Assembly (NCBI GenBank): GCA_000934665.2 | Contig: JYFJ02001668.1 | Span: forward strand, 1 to 64,000 | Source: Catajapyx aquilonaris | Taxonomy: Eukaryota | Length of the DNA: 64,000 nt | Direction: 5' to 3' | Shown here: piece after piece, positions 40,701 to 54,279 of the stretch | Position numbering within the stretch: position 1 is the stretch's first letter | How the letters are laid out: every line of letters begins with the position of its first letter | Notes under the pieces: generated by a model | Databases searched by the model: none | Seen by the model: only the letters and a program-made list of their open reading frames with translations | What the model was told of the DNA's origin: nothing | Program-made: the position numbers and the translations under genes

Positions 40701-43700
40701 ACAGTTCCTCTTTGTCGCTCATTTTTTCCATCGCCCATACCCATTTCCTGCCGAGTACGAGTAAAGGTGAATTCATTTTTTCTCTCTGTGTGTGTTTTTA
40801 AAACCTCCCGCTCTCTGGCAGGAACCAATCATTTTTAGCCTTCGGGACCAATGTATGTCGACCTTCTTCGGCCATGAATAAGCACGCTTTGCATTTTACG
40901 GGTGGTGCCCGCCCCTCCCACTTCGCATCCACCATGGTATACATGTAATCCACACCGCAGCTACAAATGCATGCAAAATGCCATATGCAATCTTGCAGAT
41001 GTAATACTCCGGGGAGGGTCTGGTAATAGGGAAACGCTTGCCCGCCGCAATTTGTGAACTACTATACCAAAAATTGGATCGAAAATGAAATGGCCCAAAA
41101 GAACATTTTATTTTATATTCATAACTTGCCCCTAGCTGGCGGAGGAAAGAGCTCCATAGAGCAGCTTACACTATCCGCCAACCTGCAGGCGCCTTAGTCT
41201 TGCACCGCTTCTTTTACACAGGGAAAATAAGAATATACGGGCACCTTGCATTATCTTTCCATCTCGTTATAAACGGAAAGATGATTAGACCATTAAACCT
41301 GGCCCTCTTCGGTTGTTCCAACGTTTTATAAACCCTCTTCGGAGATGCAAAGACGAGGAAAGAAATAATCAATTTTTTTAACCACTTGTCGTTGCGTTTA
41401 CCAATACTTCACTTTTGTCGATCACTTAATAAGTCTAGTACTCACGTCGATTTCAATTTTGTGCAGGGAACGATATGGCGTGGAATTTTCGTCGTATGAC
41501 TAACTACTAACTTAGCAGTACCATTGCACTACACTGGTATCATACTAAGAAGAAGTAACTATAGTAGTACCATGAAAATTCCACCCATGGATAATTCATT
41601 TGTTTTGCATTGTTTGTAACCCGACGCCTTTTCGAGGAAACGTATTTTTCGATCAGGAATGTTTCTGCATTTCAAAATTTAAACCCGATACCGTATTTTT
41701 TGTGAATTGACTGTGCATTAATAATTCTCCGTCAATTACGTTCATTTCACTTATTTGGAGCAGTCTCCAGCAGTTATTGGTACGAGATCAATCGCTGATA
41801 TCCTAATATTATACTCCCAGTTTATATTCCTGAGTTTTGAGCTATTGCAGTTATGTACAAAAGGTGGTGCCAGATATTAATAGGGTGTAGTACACAATTC
41901 TGACCGAGTCCATATATGTGTAAGCTGACATCAAAGACAAAAGCACTATGATTAGTGTTTTTTGCTGGGAAGTTTTTAGGGGTGACCTTGTTGTCGAGTT
42001 TTGCAATCGGAAATCTTTAGAGCTATAGTACTCAGCATCTCAGTCTGACGCAATAGTTACTGTAATGTCTAGTGACTAATATAAAACTCAAAAAAGGACT
42101 AGGTTATTTCGGAATGCACTGCCATTGGCCTGTGATGCCTCTGCAGTTTCAATTTGATTGGTAGGCTACCGGATGGTGCCCTTGTCTCTGCTTCTGACTA
42201 CATTTACTACTAGGCCCGCCCGATGGACTATTGCATCCCGTCCACCAGAATATCATTTCACCAAAAATTAGCCTGCACAGCAATAAAAGTGACTCCTCAT
42301 AGTCCTGTACCCCATAGAAAGCACCCCTGCTTTTTATTTGCTCCTCCATGGCACAGACCAGCACATGATTGAATTTTGTACAAAGCATGGTGCACCACAG
42401 CCTCAATGTGTGGTTGTGCAATAATAGCTTTTGGATAAATCAAAATTACTGCATCTGCTTAGATGCCGTAAATGACCAAATCATGCATAAAAATTTAAGC
42501 ATTTGTGTGTTATAATCCTACGCAACCCTATCACGATGCCGCTAGGCCTACAGATTAATTTCCTGACTAATGCATATACATTATATATCAGCTAATGCAA
42601 ATTTTAGCTGGAGGCATGCGTGAATTGATATAGCCTAATGGCGCAGAGTAATAGAAAATTCAGTAACTTTTGCACAGTATCCGCTCTTTTAAAAAAAATC
42701 CCTCCCAAGAAGTAAAAAAAACTTCAATAAAACCGACATCTGATAGGATATATAATTTGTACAGTATCTAAAAGCGATAACTCAATAACTAATACACACA
42801 ACAAAAAAACGCAAGGCTGATATAACGAACATTGATATCATTAGCAGTTTTACGAGAAAGCAGTGACAGTGTAACTGTACAATTTAGAGAACCAACCTCT
42901 GCACTGATTTGGCTCATTGTGCAGTTTCTCATGCAATACCCAATTAGCGCAAGCTTGCTCAATAAGTATCCTACACTGCGGCGCTCTTAGTGAAATGTAT
43001 CAAATTTGTAAGGAGTTGAAAGAAAAAAAAACCTACAGCAGAAAATGACAACGGGCTGAGAGGAAAAAGATCAAAGGCGTAAAATTCAAATGAGAGTAGG
43101 CTACGAGCACTTCTCTCATAGCCTGAAATTTGTGTTCGTGTGTGTGTGTGTGTCGTAGATGGTGGAAGAAAGGGGCGTTCAGCAAAGCAGATTAGCACTG
43201 CTCCCTTTAGGAGGATGGCACACAGAAGAAAAGGAGGGAGAACTCAGATTTTGTAAGATGTCTACTCTAAAAAGGCTCCCAGCATAAAAATTTTGCTCAT
43301 GTTTTCACCACTTCTCTTTTTTTTCCCTCCCATGCGCAAAATGGAAGAAGTGCATTATGAATAAATAACACCGTAACTTCCCTGCATGGTTGCGTTATCA
43401 ATATTGTTCTCAAGGAATTTTCCCATCCTATCCCCTTTACAAAAATGACTTTTTCTGTTGCTTCCTACTCCCTTCCAGGTGTTTCGAACATTTTGGGCCG
43501 CGGTAAAGTCTCCCGGTAGGACAATTTATCGTTCCTTTGCACGAACCGCGGAGAGAACGAATTAAGGCGAGTCTGCGTACAAAAAAAATAAAGGCCCTGC
43601 AAAAAGCGGTTTGCGCACGGAAATTGGTCGAGGAATATCGGACGCCTTTTAGACCTCAAATTGGGGAACTCTGCACCAGAAGCCAAGTAACCTATGAAAT

Positions 43701-46700
43701 GTGAGCCTCCCGACGCCTATACTCCACTGCTCGCGGAGAAGGAAAAGCGACAGATTCGGCCCATAACTTTCCTTACCTGCCTTCCATTTTCTTAGCCCTA
43801 CATGCAAAATTTGCAGGGTCAGAAATCTCTACTTCATAGGGCTGCTTCATATCTGGCTATATATAGTGTGGGTGCCCGGTTGTGATGACTTATGTGCGTG
43901 TACAGGGTGGAAAATATATTCTGGATTTAGGCTCAAAATTTTGTTGATGTGATAGTGTCTGAAGTTGTATACATTCTGTAAATAAGTAAAGCCACACAAG
44001 GAAATATGGCATGGCTAAACACACTAAATATGCGCAAGTACGAGTAGTTTGGATTTTTAAAAATATAGCAAAAATTGCATTTTTAATATCCTGTTTCTGT
44101 TTGTGTCCCCATAACAAGCAGTTTAAAAGTGAGCTATATCCACAGATAAAATTGCAATTAGCTGAAGCCTAAATTTGCTATTTGATATTAATCCTGATAT
44201 AACTATTTTTGCTCATACAGATATTCACGGTGTGGGTTAAAAATCACTTCAACTTTGCCGCAGCCGGACTATACCCCCGGAAATCCATGCATAATTTATC
44301 TTCCAAAATGTGACGCCATAATGCATGGGATTGTGGACCACCCTGCACACTGCAGACACCGCGACTTTGTCATCATTACTCACGGCACTAACCATAAGTA
44401 GACTGCAAGATCCCAAGTTATTAAACTGCAGGAAAATGTACAAGAAAAATAGTGCAGAAGAGAGCTCGAGAGAAGAGAGCTATTGCAGTTCCATGTCGTC
44501 AATCAATGCCAGCTTAACAACAACAGAACACGCCCGACATATTGATACTCTCTCGTCAGGTACAAAATACCTGTCCGGCAAATTGATGGAAAATATGTCC
44601 CGGAATGAGGTTTGAACTGGCCATGGAATGTAGCCTGCTGGAAAATACCTCTCCACTCCAATATTGTTGAGGAACCTCGACTAAAACGCCGTACCCTCAG
44701 TTACAAAACCACGATGCCCAAAATCTCTCGGGTAGGTAGGTCCCTTGGTCTGTGCGGGAGGTTACTGGTCACAGGTCAATGGGACGCTACATGGTCGGGG
44801 CGGTCTGAATGCCAGTCCAAAACCTCCCTAGGGGTTTTGGTTTGGATGCATCTCTCTTCCATTAGGGGGTCCGGCTGCTTGTGGTATGTGTGTCGGTGTA
44901 GTGTGTAGCCTGTGTACACGCTCCCGGTCCACCTGCTGCGGACAGATGCATTTTAACGCCAGATCGTTAACCCCACTTGGGACTCGCCCATTAGGACTGG
45001 GGATCGTTATAACGGTTACAGAACAAAACGATCAGATCAGATAGTCGTTCTGTCTTGGGCACATTTTGAATTGAGCAGTCATTCTTGTGTTTTACAGTAA
45101 ATTGCGCTGTGTGCACACCTGCGACAGAACCGTTTATCACCTTAACTTTGATAAATACAATGCCAGGTTTAATATCATTTTCATACATCAGTGAGACACA
45201 TACTGTCACTAATGGCCTGTTTCACTCTTGACTGATTTCGCTAAATGTAGCACCTTAATAACTGGTACCTCAACTTTAGACACAGATAGTCAAACTCCAG
45301 TCTTCTCTAGGGGTATAAATTGGGGGGGGATATGTTAATCCAATACCCGCCTCATTGTAAACGGTAATTTCGATTTTAACTCTAGATGAACAACCTCTCG
45401 CGAGTAGAAAAGGGGGCTCCAAATGACCTTCTACCCAAGCTACCAGGGAACAAAAGGCTGCTGCCTTGCAAACTTGGTTAAGATAAGGGGAATAGGAGAG
45501 CCCGAGGGCTGGTGGAGGGTGTGCAGGGTGGGTGTGAGCACAGAAAAGTTGAACCAACTCCACCTCTCTCTTTCTGTCTCTGACTCTGTACGTCGGTTTG
45601 GTAGGAACCCAACCTCCCGTGTCGTATTTGATTCCACTTGCACCCCGTCTCTTTTTCTCCAATCCTCTGGAAAATAGGAGGACGAGTGTTGCCTAGGACA
45701 CGTTTTAGGCGGTTCAGCACCTCGCAAACCGGGTCCTTTTTTTATCTCCTCCCCCGCCTTTCCTCCCCTTTGGAGGGAGGAAAGTTGCAACGCCTCCTGG
45801 CAGCTTAGTCCCGTTCAATTCCGATCACGCACGCATAGTAGTCACAAACCCAAGGCTTTGACAGTGAAGGAACAGGCTCCGCATTTGGAGATCTGGTAAT
45901 TCAGTAATGCAGGCGCGGTGCCGAAATTAATGGCACGTCTGGTCGGGAATTTCTCTCTTATTGTAATACAGGAATGGATGGCGAGGACGTTCCTAATGGA
46001 TAGAATCTGCAACTGCGGCAATTCATCACTGACTGGCGCTGCCTTCTCTTGTAAGAGAAGAGAGACCTATCACGCACTATGGCGCTATTAAGCAAAAGTA
46101 AGTAATGGGCGCTCGGATTTTATGAGAAGTTGATTTCATTTCTTGGTTGTTTAGGGGAAGAGTTTGGAAAGGAGCACTGCACTAAATCTTTCCTCATGAC
46201 CACTTAAAACCTAAACACATTACATGGTGACTGAACGCTCAACCTCCCAACACAGGCGCCCATTCATCATTTCAAATCTATAGCAGTTGAATGCTCTTAT
46301 ATATAATGGATGGTTCATCAATGTCCCACCTGCAGAGCCTTTCAAATAATATATTCGCTATTTCAACAAGGTAAACAGCTACCTTTTATAGAAGCACTGT
46401 TAAGCGTGGCTGGTGTATTATGTTTACTTTTTATAACGATAAATGCAAGGACTCAGCCAGAAACTTTTTAAAATACTTTCGGTCTACAACATGCGACTTG
46501 GAAATCACATTCGGATCTACTTCTTCTGATTTTAAGTGTCAACCGAGAAAAAAAGTAGAAATTTCAGCGACTCAACCCTTCTAATGACTTTGCATTTATA
46601 GGTGGAAGTGTGGAATAACGTGAGTTCGGCCCGTCTGGATTCGTATGTTGTTTAATTCAAGTACATCCACTTAAGATTGCTTTGTTTTTATTATCCAGTG

Positions 46701-49700
46701 CTGAGACTACTGTATGAGGCAACAGTAAATGTGTTGGAAAGTCGATCGCCCTATTTTACTTTACAAGGACTTGTCTAAGCTGAAAAGACAGCAAAATCAG
46801 ACGCAGAATGAGACGAGCCATTTCTCATCTCCAGAAAAGCAGTTCTCGTATCACTATTCAAATCTTTCGAACCAACTCAGTCGCGGCGGTTATTTTCTTC
46901 CTGTCCCCCCATAAACCTTTCGCTGACATTTTTAGTGTCCGCTGGAATCGTGCTTGGCCTAATTTAATCCGGTAACCAATGTTCCCGGGATTTACTCAGC
47001 TTCTGAGATCTTGTAGTCATGCAAAAACGGGAAGCCCAAAAAATTTCGGAATCCAACTCTCTCTCTTTTTTTTGTTCCCAGACTTTACACTCGTCATAAA
47101 AGCAGAGGGCAACATTACCCCTACTTCCTTACACTGATTTACTGCAGAGTCGCATTTTACTGCTGGGATCGAATCAGAAACTTGTTATGGAACATGCTGT
47201 TTGCAGATATAACCTTGAACTAAAGCACTAACGTATTGTAATGCATATCATGCCCTCCTTTTTTGTGCAAAACTCAAGTGAAATTCCATAGCAGCATCGT
47301 TAAGCTAATGAGATTTAAAATATCACCGGCGTGTCCCTACCAAAATGTGGTACCAGTAAACATGATATATGCCTTTTTCTCATTTTTTCCCGCAAATGAT
47401 CTATAGAGAGTATATATCGCAGCGGATGACAGGTACATTCACTCAAAAGTGCACACAACGACGGCTGCAATTCGAACAAACTGTCAGGTGACAAAACCGG
47501 GACCCAACTGAATACCAGTGCTCGATTACTCATTCACCCCGCACCTTGACAGATCAATCTGGACTAAACTTGATTCGGCGAACAGCCTTTCAAAATTCAG
47601 GTGCTGAATCTGAGCGTTGAAAAGGCATCGCTATCCTGGCTTCATAGGGGAGTTCCAGCTTGGAGAAAATGGGGCACGAAGGACCCCAGCAGTTTGAGAA
47701 ATTCTGGATGTCCTTCCACTCCCATTTACCAAAATGGCGCGATAACAACTGTTGACAATTGGCCCGCTTTAATTAAGCGTTTGACACGCCCTGCAAAAGC
47801 GTCGATGACAGATTCAATTTACTTGGCTCGTTACAATGTTTTTGTTGTCTCGCCGTTAATCATTCGTGACGTTCTACAACTCTAAGGGGGTTGCCCAAAA
47901 GGCACTCGAGCGATCCCTGTGCTGGAGGAAGAAAACGTTTTATCACTCATTTAATTTTCTAGAGCTCTACAGTTGTGTTGCAATTTCAAGGAGAAAAAAT
48001 ATCACAATGGCGACCGAATTTTGCTCCCAAATTGAACTGACCCACATCTTTTCACATCTGGGAAAAGGGTCACACAGTATCACAGCAGTCCAGCCTGGCA
48101 TTCCTACTCCGGCGTTTTCCTTCAGCAAAATTGCAAGTTGGATCACGTCCCCCACACCCACAACCCTCCCCGCCACCTACCGGCGCTCCGACTCCAGGCG
48201 ATACGTTGGTAACAAATACGAGGATGCAACGTGCATGTTTCCAACCGAGGTGCTGAACGGAATTGTTGGAGGGAGATTTATTCCCAATCCCGGAAACCTC
48301 CCTAGATTTTTTTTCCTCTACTCTTTTTTTTTATCGAACCTCAGAGTTGGCACAAGTTTATAGAACCCCAAGTTAGATAGGCACGTCTACACGTTGGTTG
48401 AATTATCAACACAACTTTGGGAGCAATGAATCCGATACGGGTTGTCTCGCTGCAAAATTATTCATCGCCAAGTTTGCAACCGCACTTTCTCTATACCGTC
48501 GTAAGGTTACGTTTTAATGACAGCGGAGATCCAAAAGCGACTTAATTATCCGCCGCAACTCCGGCTCCTGTAGTTGTGCCGACCAGGATACATATCCTGG
48601 AGGATTTGGCCAAAGGGTGGCGTTAAAAGCCGAGACTAAGCCGGGCATGGACCTGCGGGATTTTCGCCGCCTGATAGGGACGGAAACCCGCTGGCCAGAA
48701 TAGCAACTACCTACACAGCATAATTTATACCCTCAGAAATGGACGCTTTATTACTCACGGCTTTTAGCCGCAGAAAGAATCAGCTGCGATACCCAACGGG
48801 ACTAGAGCTGTCAGATTACTCAATCTCATTTTAGTGTCATATAAACGCCACGCAATCTTATCGTGCGCTGCTCTACATAGATGGAGATATGTTAATGTTT
48901 GCGGCAATTAATCTCAAATTATGATATTTACGATAAGATAGAAATCAGTATCGCAGTAAGATGCGGAATCTTTAAAAAAATTAATGCATTCGGACAAAAT
49001 TAATTTTTCAAATCTTTGAATCAGGCGAAATCGTAATTAATCCGATTTCACCACACCCTATGACCTCATAGGAATTCAATGTTCTATTCGCCTATACCTG
49101 AGGAATATCAGGCTTATGAGCACACGGTGTCATCGACACAATATTGCGATCAATTTTGCTCGGTACGACGCACAAAGTGAAAGGAGCTTTCAGATATTCT
49201 GTACCAATAATCGAAATATATCCAGGTTTTCTGGCGGATGGGGAACATTTTTTGCAACTTTAAGATTTTATTACCAAGTTAATATCACTCCACGATTAAT
49301 TTAAAACAAAAAAACTATGGCTTGCATTCACGACATATGCTGTATTACGCGATGTACTGTACAGTTTCGTCACAGTCTCGCAAAAAATACATAAACACAC
49401 GTACTCTCTGGATTTCAAATACCACCGTAATGTTAGGAGCTCTTCACTTTTCAAGTTCATGAGCTGAACCGGTGTGTAATATCATTTGGCACAATACTTG
49501 TCTCCTAGCGTTGCGTCTCTCTCAAAGTTCTCCTGGGGAAATATCTCCGGGCTGTGGATCAGACCCAGGAATTTCCTCGCTTACGACCCCGACCCCCCAG
49601 CTCCCTACCCCCTCCCTCCACCTCCAAGCAACGCCCGGGTCACGCTGAGAAGGTTTTCACATTAATCGAATCCCACTCTCCAGTTGGTCCCAATTTCTCC

Positions 49701-50477
49701 AGGGGAGTCTATGGCAGGCGACAACCTCCCCCCCTCCCCCTCCCCTTCTCCCTAAGTCTAGCTGACATTTTTTTAGAGCCAGAGAAGGGGAAGGCGGGGT
49801 GGGTAGCCAAACAGTGAGGATTTGTCAGCACAAGAAACTTGCACTACAGTAGCTTCGCAGGACAAGTTGTGAAAACAGAATTTGTTCATGCGGAAATTCT
49901 GCCCCACTCGGATTATTACTAAACAACAGCACGCAGACGGACCTACAAAAAATTCCAGAGGACGTGAAGCGGACATTTTTTTACAGTGGACCCAAAAAAA
50001 CGTCCAGTAAAATTTTTATCCTGGGGAAAATAACCCGCGCTTTACAAGTACTTGACTGCGCACTGGCATACCAAATAAAAGCCAGGAATGTGGAGATAAT
50101 CAGCATTTAGGACACGCTCATTTGGCATGGAGGGGGCAATGCCGCGCAGGTTATCTAGGATAGTTTACTGCCAGATTCTGGACGTAAAGAGGCTGAAAAC
50201 AAATGAGCCGGACATTATTCTTTGGGTTGTAACCAAACATTGTGTGCATTGCAGCCGCCCCCGCCCCCGCCAGTAGAGAATCCAGGTCAGTTTGACTAAG
50301 TTCAGACTAGAATCGGAATGAAAACAGAAATCGTTTCCCATCACCCTGTGTCAATAAAGGGACTTTCCGATTACCACGTGATTTCCCCGAGTGTTACGAC
50401 CTATTTAATGAGTCATAAGGCAACCGAGGTAACGGACTGAACCTGGCCACTAATAATTTCCTTCCGCTCTATTGCAG

Positions 50478-50683
50478 AGGTAGAAGGATTAAAGGATGTC
50501 CACCTGAAGGCTCCAGAGGCAATCAGAAGAGGTGACAATGTCAAGTTCTTCTGCCAGTTCGACCTGGAGGGTGACCCCCTGTATGCGGTCAAATGGTACA
50601 AGAGCAGCAAAGAATTTTATCGCTACGTTCCCAAGGAGGTGCCGCCGACCAAGGTGTTTCATCTGCCTGGAGTCAATGTGGAC
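50478..50683 (+). CDS. beat: Internal coding exon of a Beaten path (Beat)-family IgSF protein, first half of Ig domain 1: (E)VEGLKDVHLKAPEAIRRGDNVKFFCQFDLEGDPLYAVKWYKSSKEFYRYVPKEVPPTKVFHLPGVNVD
   Basis: Acceptor TTGCAG|AG at 50477/50478, 206 nt open in frame (2 nt + 68 codons), donor GAC|GTAAGT at 50683/50684. The translation contains the Beat-family pattern C-x-F-D-L-E-G-x-x-L-Y-x-V-K-W-Y-K-x(3)-E-F-Y-R-Y-x-P-x-E-x-P-P, including the Ig B-strand Cys and C-strand Trp. The ORF track misses it because it has no start codon. The specific paralogue cannot be assigned. Confidence 0.9.
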
Positions 50684-53600
50684 GTAAGTACAACTATTTT
50701 CTAGTTGATGTCACTCTATGCAGCCAGTTTGGGGGGGACCGAATATTATTTTAGGGTTTAATCCGATGGATAAATTGACTTGCTAAATAGCGGGATTGAT
50801 TATAATAAATGTTGTGCAAATTCTAAACAAGCACGCAGATAAAGAAAACACTTCGATGTTTTGCATGGTAAACAAAGGATGGTTATTTTGGCAGCGCATC
50901 ACGTAGGCTTTTGAAATTCTACTAATCTGCTTACTGCAAAATTGGAGTGCACATTGCAAATCCCACAATAAAAGCCTTATTATCTTCCTTTTTATACGGC
51001 GGGAAAGCACCTAATTAACTGTAGGGGCTATTTGTACTGTTTGGGGGTTCCTACACTTTCATGGCTGCAAACAGCTAGCCTGTACTTAACAAAAAGAGCG
51101 AATTGAAACTTCCTCTCTTCGCTCCCAAGAACATGAAAAGACCATTTTTGGATTTGTTTACGAACAAATATCCACATCGTGTTTTTGAGCACGAGCATTA
51201 TTTTTTTAAAACTTTCAATTATAAAAAACTGAATGGACTCATATTCGCCGACAAAGCAGCATCCCTTCCCTTGAAGAAGGAAGATAAAAAAGGCCCTGAC
51301 GTCACTGAGGTTTCAAAAACAGTGACAGGCTCTTCGGTAGGTTCAAGTGAGCAGCAAGAAAGAATCTTTTGTGCCTTTTGTAACTTTTCACTCCTAGACT
51401 AGCTCCAGAGAATAGAACTTTAAAAAGAACATAAAAAGTAATGTCAAAGTCACCACCGTGTTTTTTTCCTCGCAGTACTGTACGTGCTTTACGACTCTAC
51501 CACTGGTTGAGAGAGAAAAAAATTAGCCTTTTCACCTCAGATGCGTGTAACTCGAGTATGTAGACATTTTTGAGGTGGCTCAGAGGATTCTTTTATACAC
51601 CAGAATGTCAAGTATGGCATTACAGGTGGAATCCAAAAATTTCGCGAAAATCCTCGCAAATGTCCAACCCACCCTATGCCAGTAATTGATTACTGTGCTG
51701 CAAAAAACCAGTGGGGTAATTGTGAACGTACCCTCTGTCCATGTCATGGACTTTTCTGATTTTCCACTTGACAACAGATCTGATTTGACCATGGCGATGT
51801 TTCGAGGATGGGTCCGACACGCGATGTCAAATGTCAACCGGGTTTAGGCTAATCTGATTGCAGGAGCGGGATCCTACATCATTCCAGTCATTATGTAACC
51901 CCACCTAATTAAGAACGTTTCATTTCAACAGTGGGGGCCAAAGAGAGGTGAGGGAGTTTTTTTTCCGAGGGAGGGGAGGGGAGGGGCTAAAATGGCGGCT
52001 GACTGTCAACAGGCTCCCCCCGACTATTATCCCGTGAGTAGAGCGTCATTTTGGATGCTCGGATAATCACATTTTTGCCGCCTAACTGATTGCATTTTAA
52101 TCCGCCGTAATCAGTTGTAATCGACAGGCCTGGAACCAACATTCATTTTTTATGCCGCCAGCTTTTTGGGAGCGGTCCTCTAACATTTCACTGTGCGTGT
52201 AACTTTAACGATTACACGCTGACGTGATCACTTTGGGGGTGCCATTTGAATTGGATTGCACGAGAAGTACGTGAAATAGTTGGAACAGGGGAAACTAGTG
52301 CTGCCCACAGTGGAATGTGGGGCTTCCCAATAACGTTTATTCCACTATTCGGGCTTGTTGAGACACTCAGAAATTTATTGGGAATCAGTGATTGAAGTCA
52401 AGACTTTTAAATGGCCATATTGTGCGCAATAAACGGACCATGGCACTTCAATAGGCTTCTAATTGTCAACGCTGAGTGGCTGTGGCTCGACCTCATAACA
52501 TACTTCTCACACGCGATATCCTATTTAGATCATTAAAACCTACTATTTCCCGCCTGCCTATCCCTTTTATGTGACGAATCCAATAGGGCGAGGCATATAC
52601 AGAAGTAGAACGATTGCTTCATATGGGTTGTCAGAGAGGTAACTGTTTCCGTGAATACTGATAGATTATTAGGTCTGCATTACACTTTCATGCTCTTACA
52701 TTTTGGTCAATAACGTTGTGGAATTATTACGGCATTTTATGTCGTACAGTAACATATCATATGCAATGACTGAACGTGTGCATTGGCAACATGAGTACAC
52801 AACAATAAAAAATCAAATTTAGTAGCTACAGATGTGATATGAGGGTTCTGATGTGGGGGTTGCCAGGTGATTGGTAACTATATGAGCCAACTTTTTGATC
52901 GTGACCGTACCACTTGCTCCTTGAAGAGTGGGGGTATGATAGAAATAGATTTCTATATTATTTACAAGCGTGACTGAAATTGAAATGAAGTTTCATATTG
53001 TGTGAATTAATTGTACGTTTTCACTTGTTGTGAGTGCATGCGTGATTTTTGCATCAGCTTTCCAGTGACATGTCGCACTCAAAATGACAAAATGTTCAAC
53101 TATAGTCAAAAATAATACCATAACGCGATTAAATATTGAAAATAGTAATGAATAAATAATATGTTTACTTCAGGCAGAGTATTTGTGCCATACGTTTCTG
53201 ACGCGGAGATAAATTCATTCCGGCCCCTTCTACTTTGTGTATGCATATTAATACTGCATAAATAATGCGTATACAGTGTTCCGCGGTGCACTGTTATGTG
53301 GAAAAACAGATAGGTATACTACAGTACATTACAGCCCAGTTGCGTAACCTGAACAGTCGGCCGAAACACCTTCTGTACACATTATAAAATCAACATGCGA
53401 TAATTAACTTAAGCATCGATAACCCCAGTTTATGGCGATGGGATTATCCGCAGCATTTAAGTCTTAATGAACTCTGAAATAACCTGCTACTAAAGTAATG
53501 AAACACTCCCTCTAAAAACACTCTCACGTGTAAAATGAAGTTTGAAAACAATGCCAGGCAGTAGATAGCTTTTCAACAACTCACTTCACATTAGTCCCAG

Positions 53601-54208
53601 TCTCAGCCATGACGAGAGAGGTAGTGGGGTTAAAAATCATGTTTTTTTTACCCCCCATCCCCCATCACATCCTCCAAATACTACTAGGGTTGCTAACCAC
53701 CAAGCTTCAGGGCCAGGACAAACTACGCCAACTATAACAATCCTCATGTCTGGCATGAGAGAAGCTGTCTCTTTTCATCTGCCTGTTGTTTGGACCACAA
53801 CCTTGTTAATCCGTGTTAGAATTGCAAAGCTCCCTAGATCGATGAGCCGACCATTTTATCCCAGCATAAAACCAGCTGGACGGAAACATGAACTCTCCAA
53901 CTCTCTTTTTCCTCCCTCCCTTCCCTCTCCTCCACCCCCTACTTTTTTTTTGAGGGATGCCAGGGATCCTTTTCCTGGGGTTTGCACGCTAATTTCCTAA
54001 GCTGTCATTTGACGATCCCCATGCATTTTGCATGCGGGCGTGTCAGATGGAGAAGAGTCTGGGCGCGAGAAAGAGAAGAGGGGGCGCCAACCCCTCCTCT
54101 CCCCAACTGCCAACACCCGCTCTCGAAATATGCAGATCCTCATCTAGATTTTCAGCCCCAGGACCGTCATTTTTGAACTTAATTAGGACGCCGAGGAGGA
54201 GACGAAGT

Positions 54209-54210
<2 letters not shown>

Positions 54211-54276
<66 letters not shown>
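54211..54276 (+). repeat. (AG)~33 microsatellite
   Basis: Read directly. Confidence 0.95.

Positions 54277-54279
<3 letters not shown>

Larger units (their letters stand above)
10574..50477 (+). other. Putative 39.9 kb GT-AG intron between the signal-peptide exon and the Ig exon
   Basis: Begins GTAAGT and ends TAATTTCCTTCCGCTCTATTGCAG (pyrimidine tract plus CAG). Phases are compatible and no other coding exon was recognised in between. Confidence 0.6.

Noticed and set aside
43901..44347. TACAGGGTGG ... CCACCCTGCA, possible mariner-like MITE ends
   Set aside because: The inverted match is only ~8 bp and the right-hand TA is absent.
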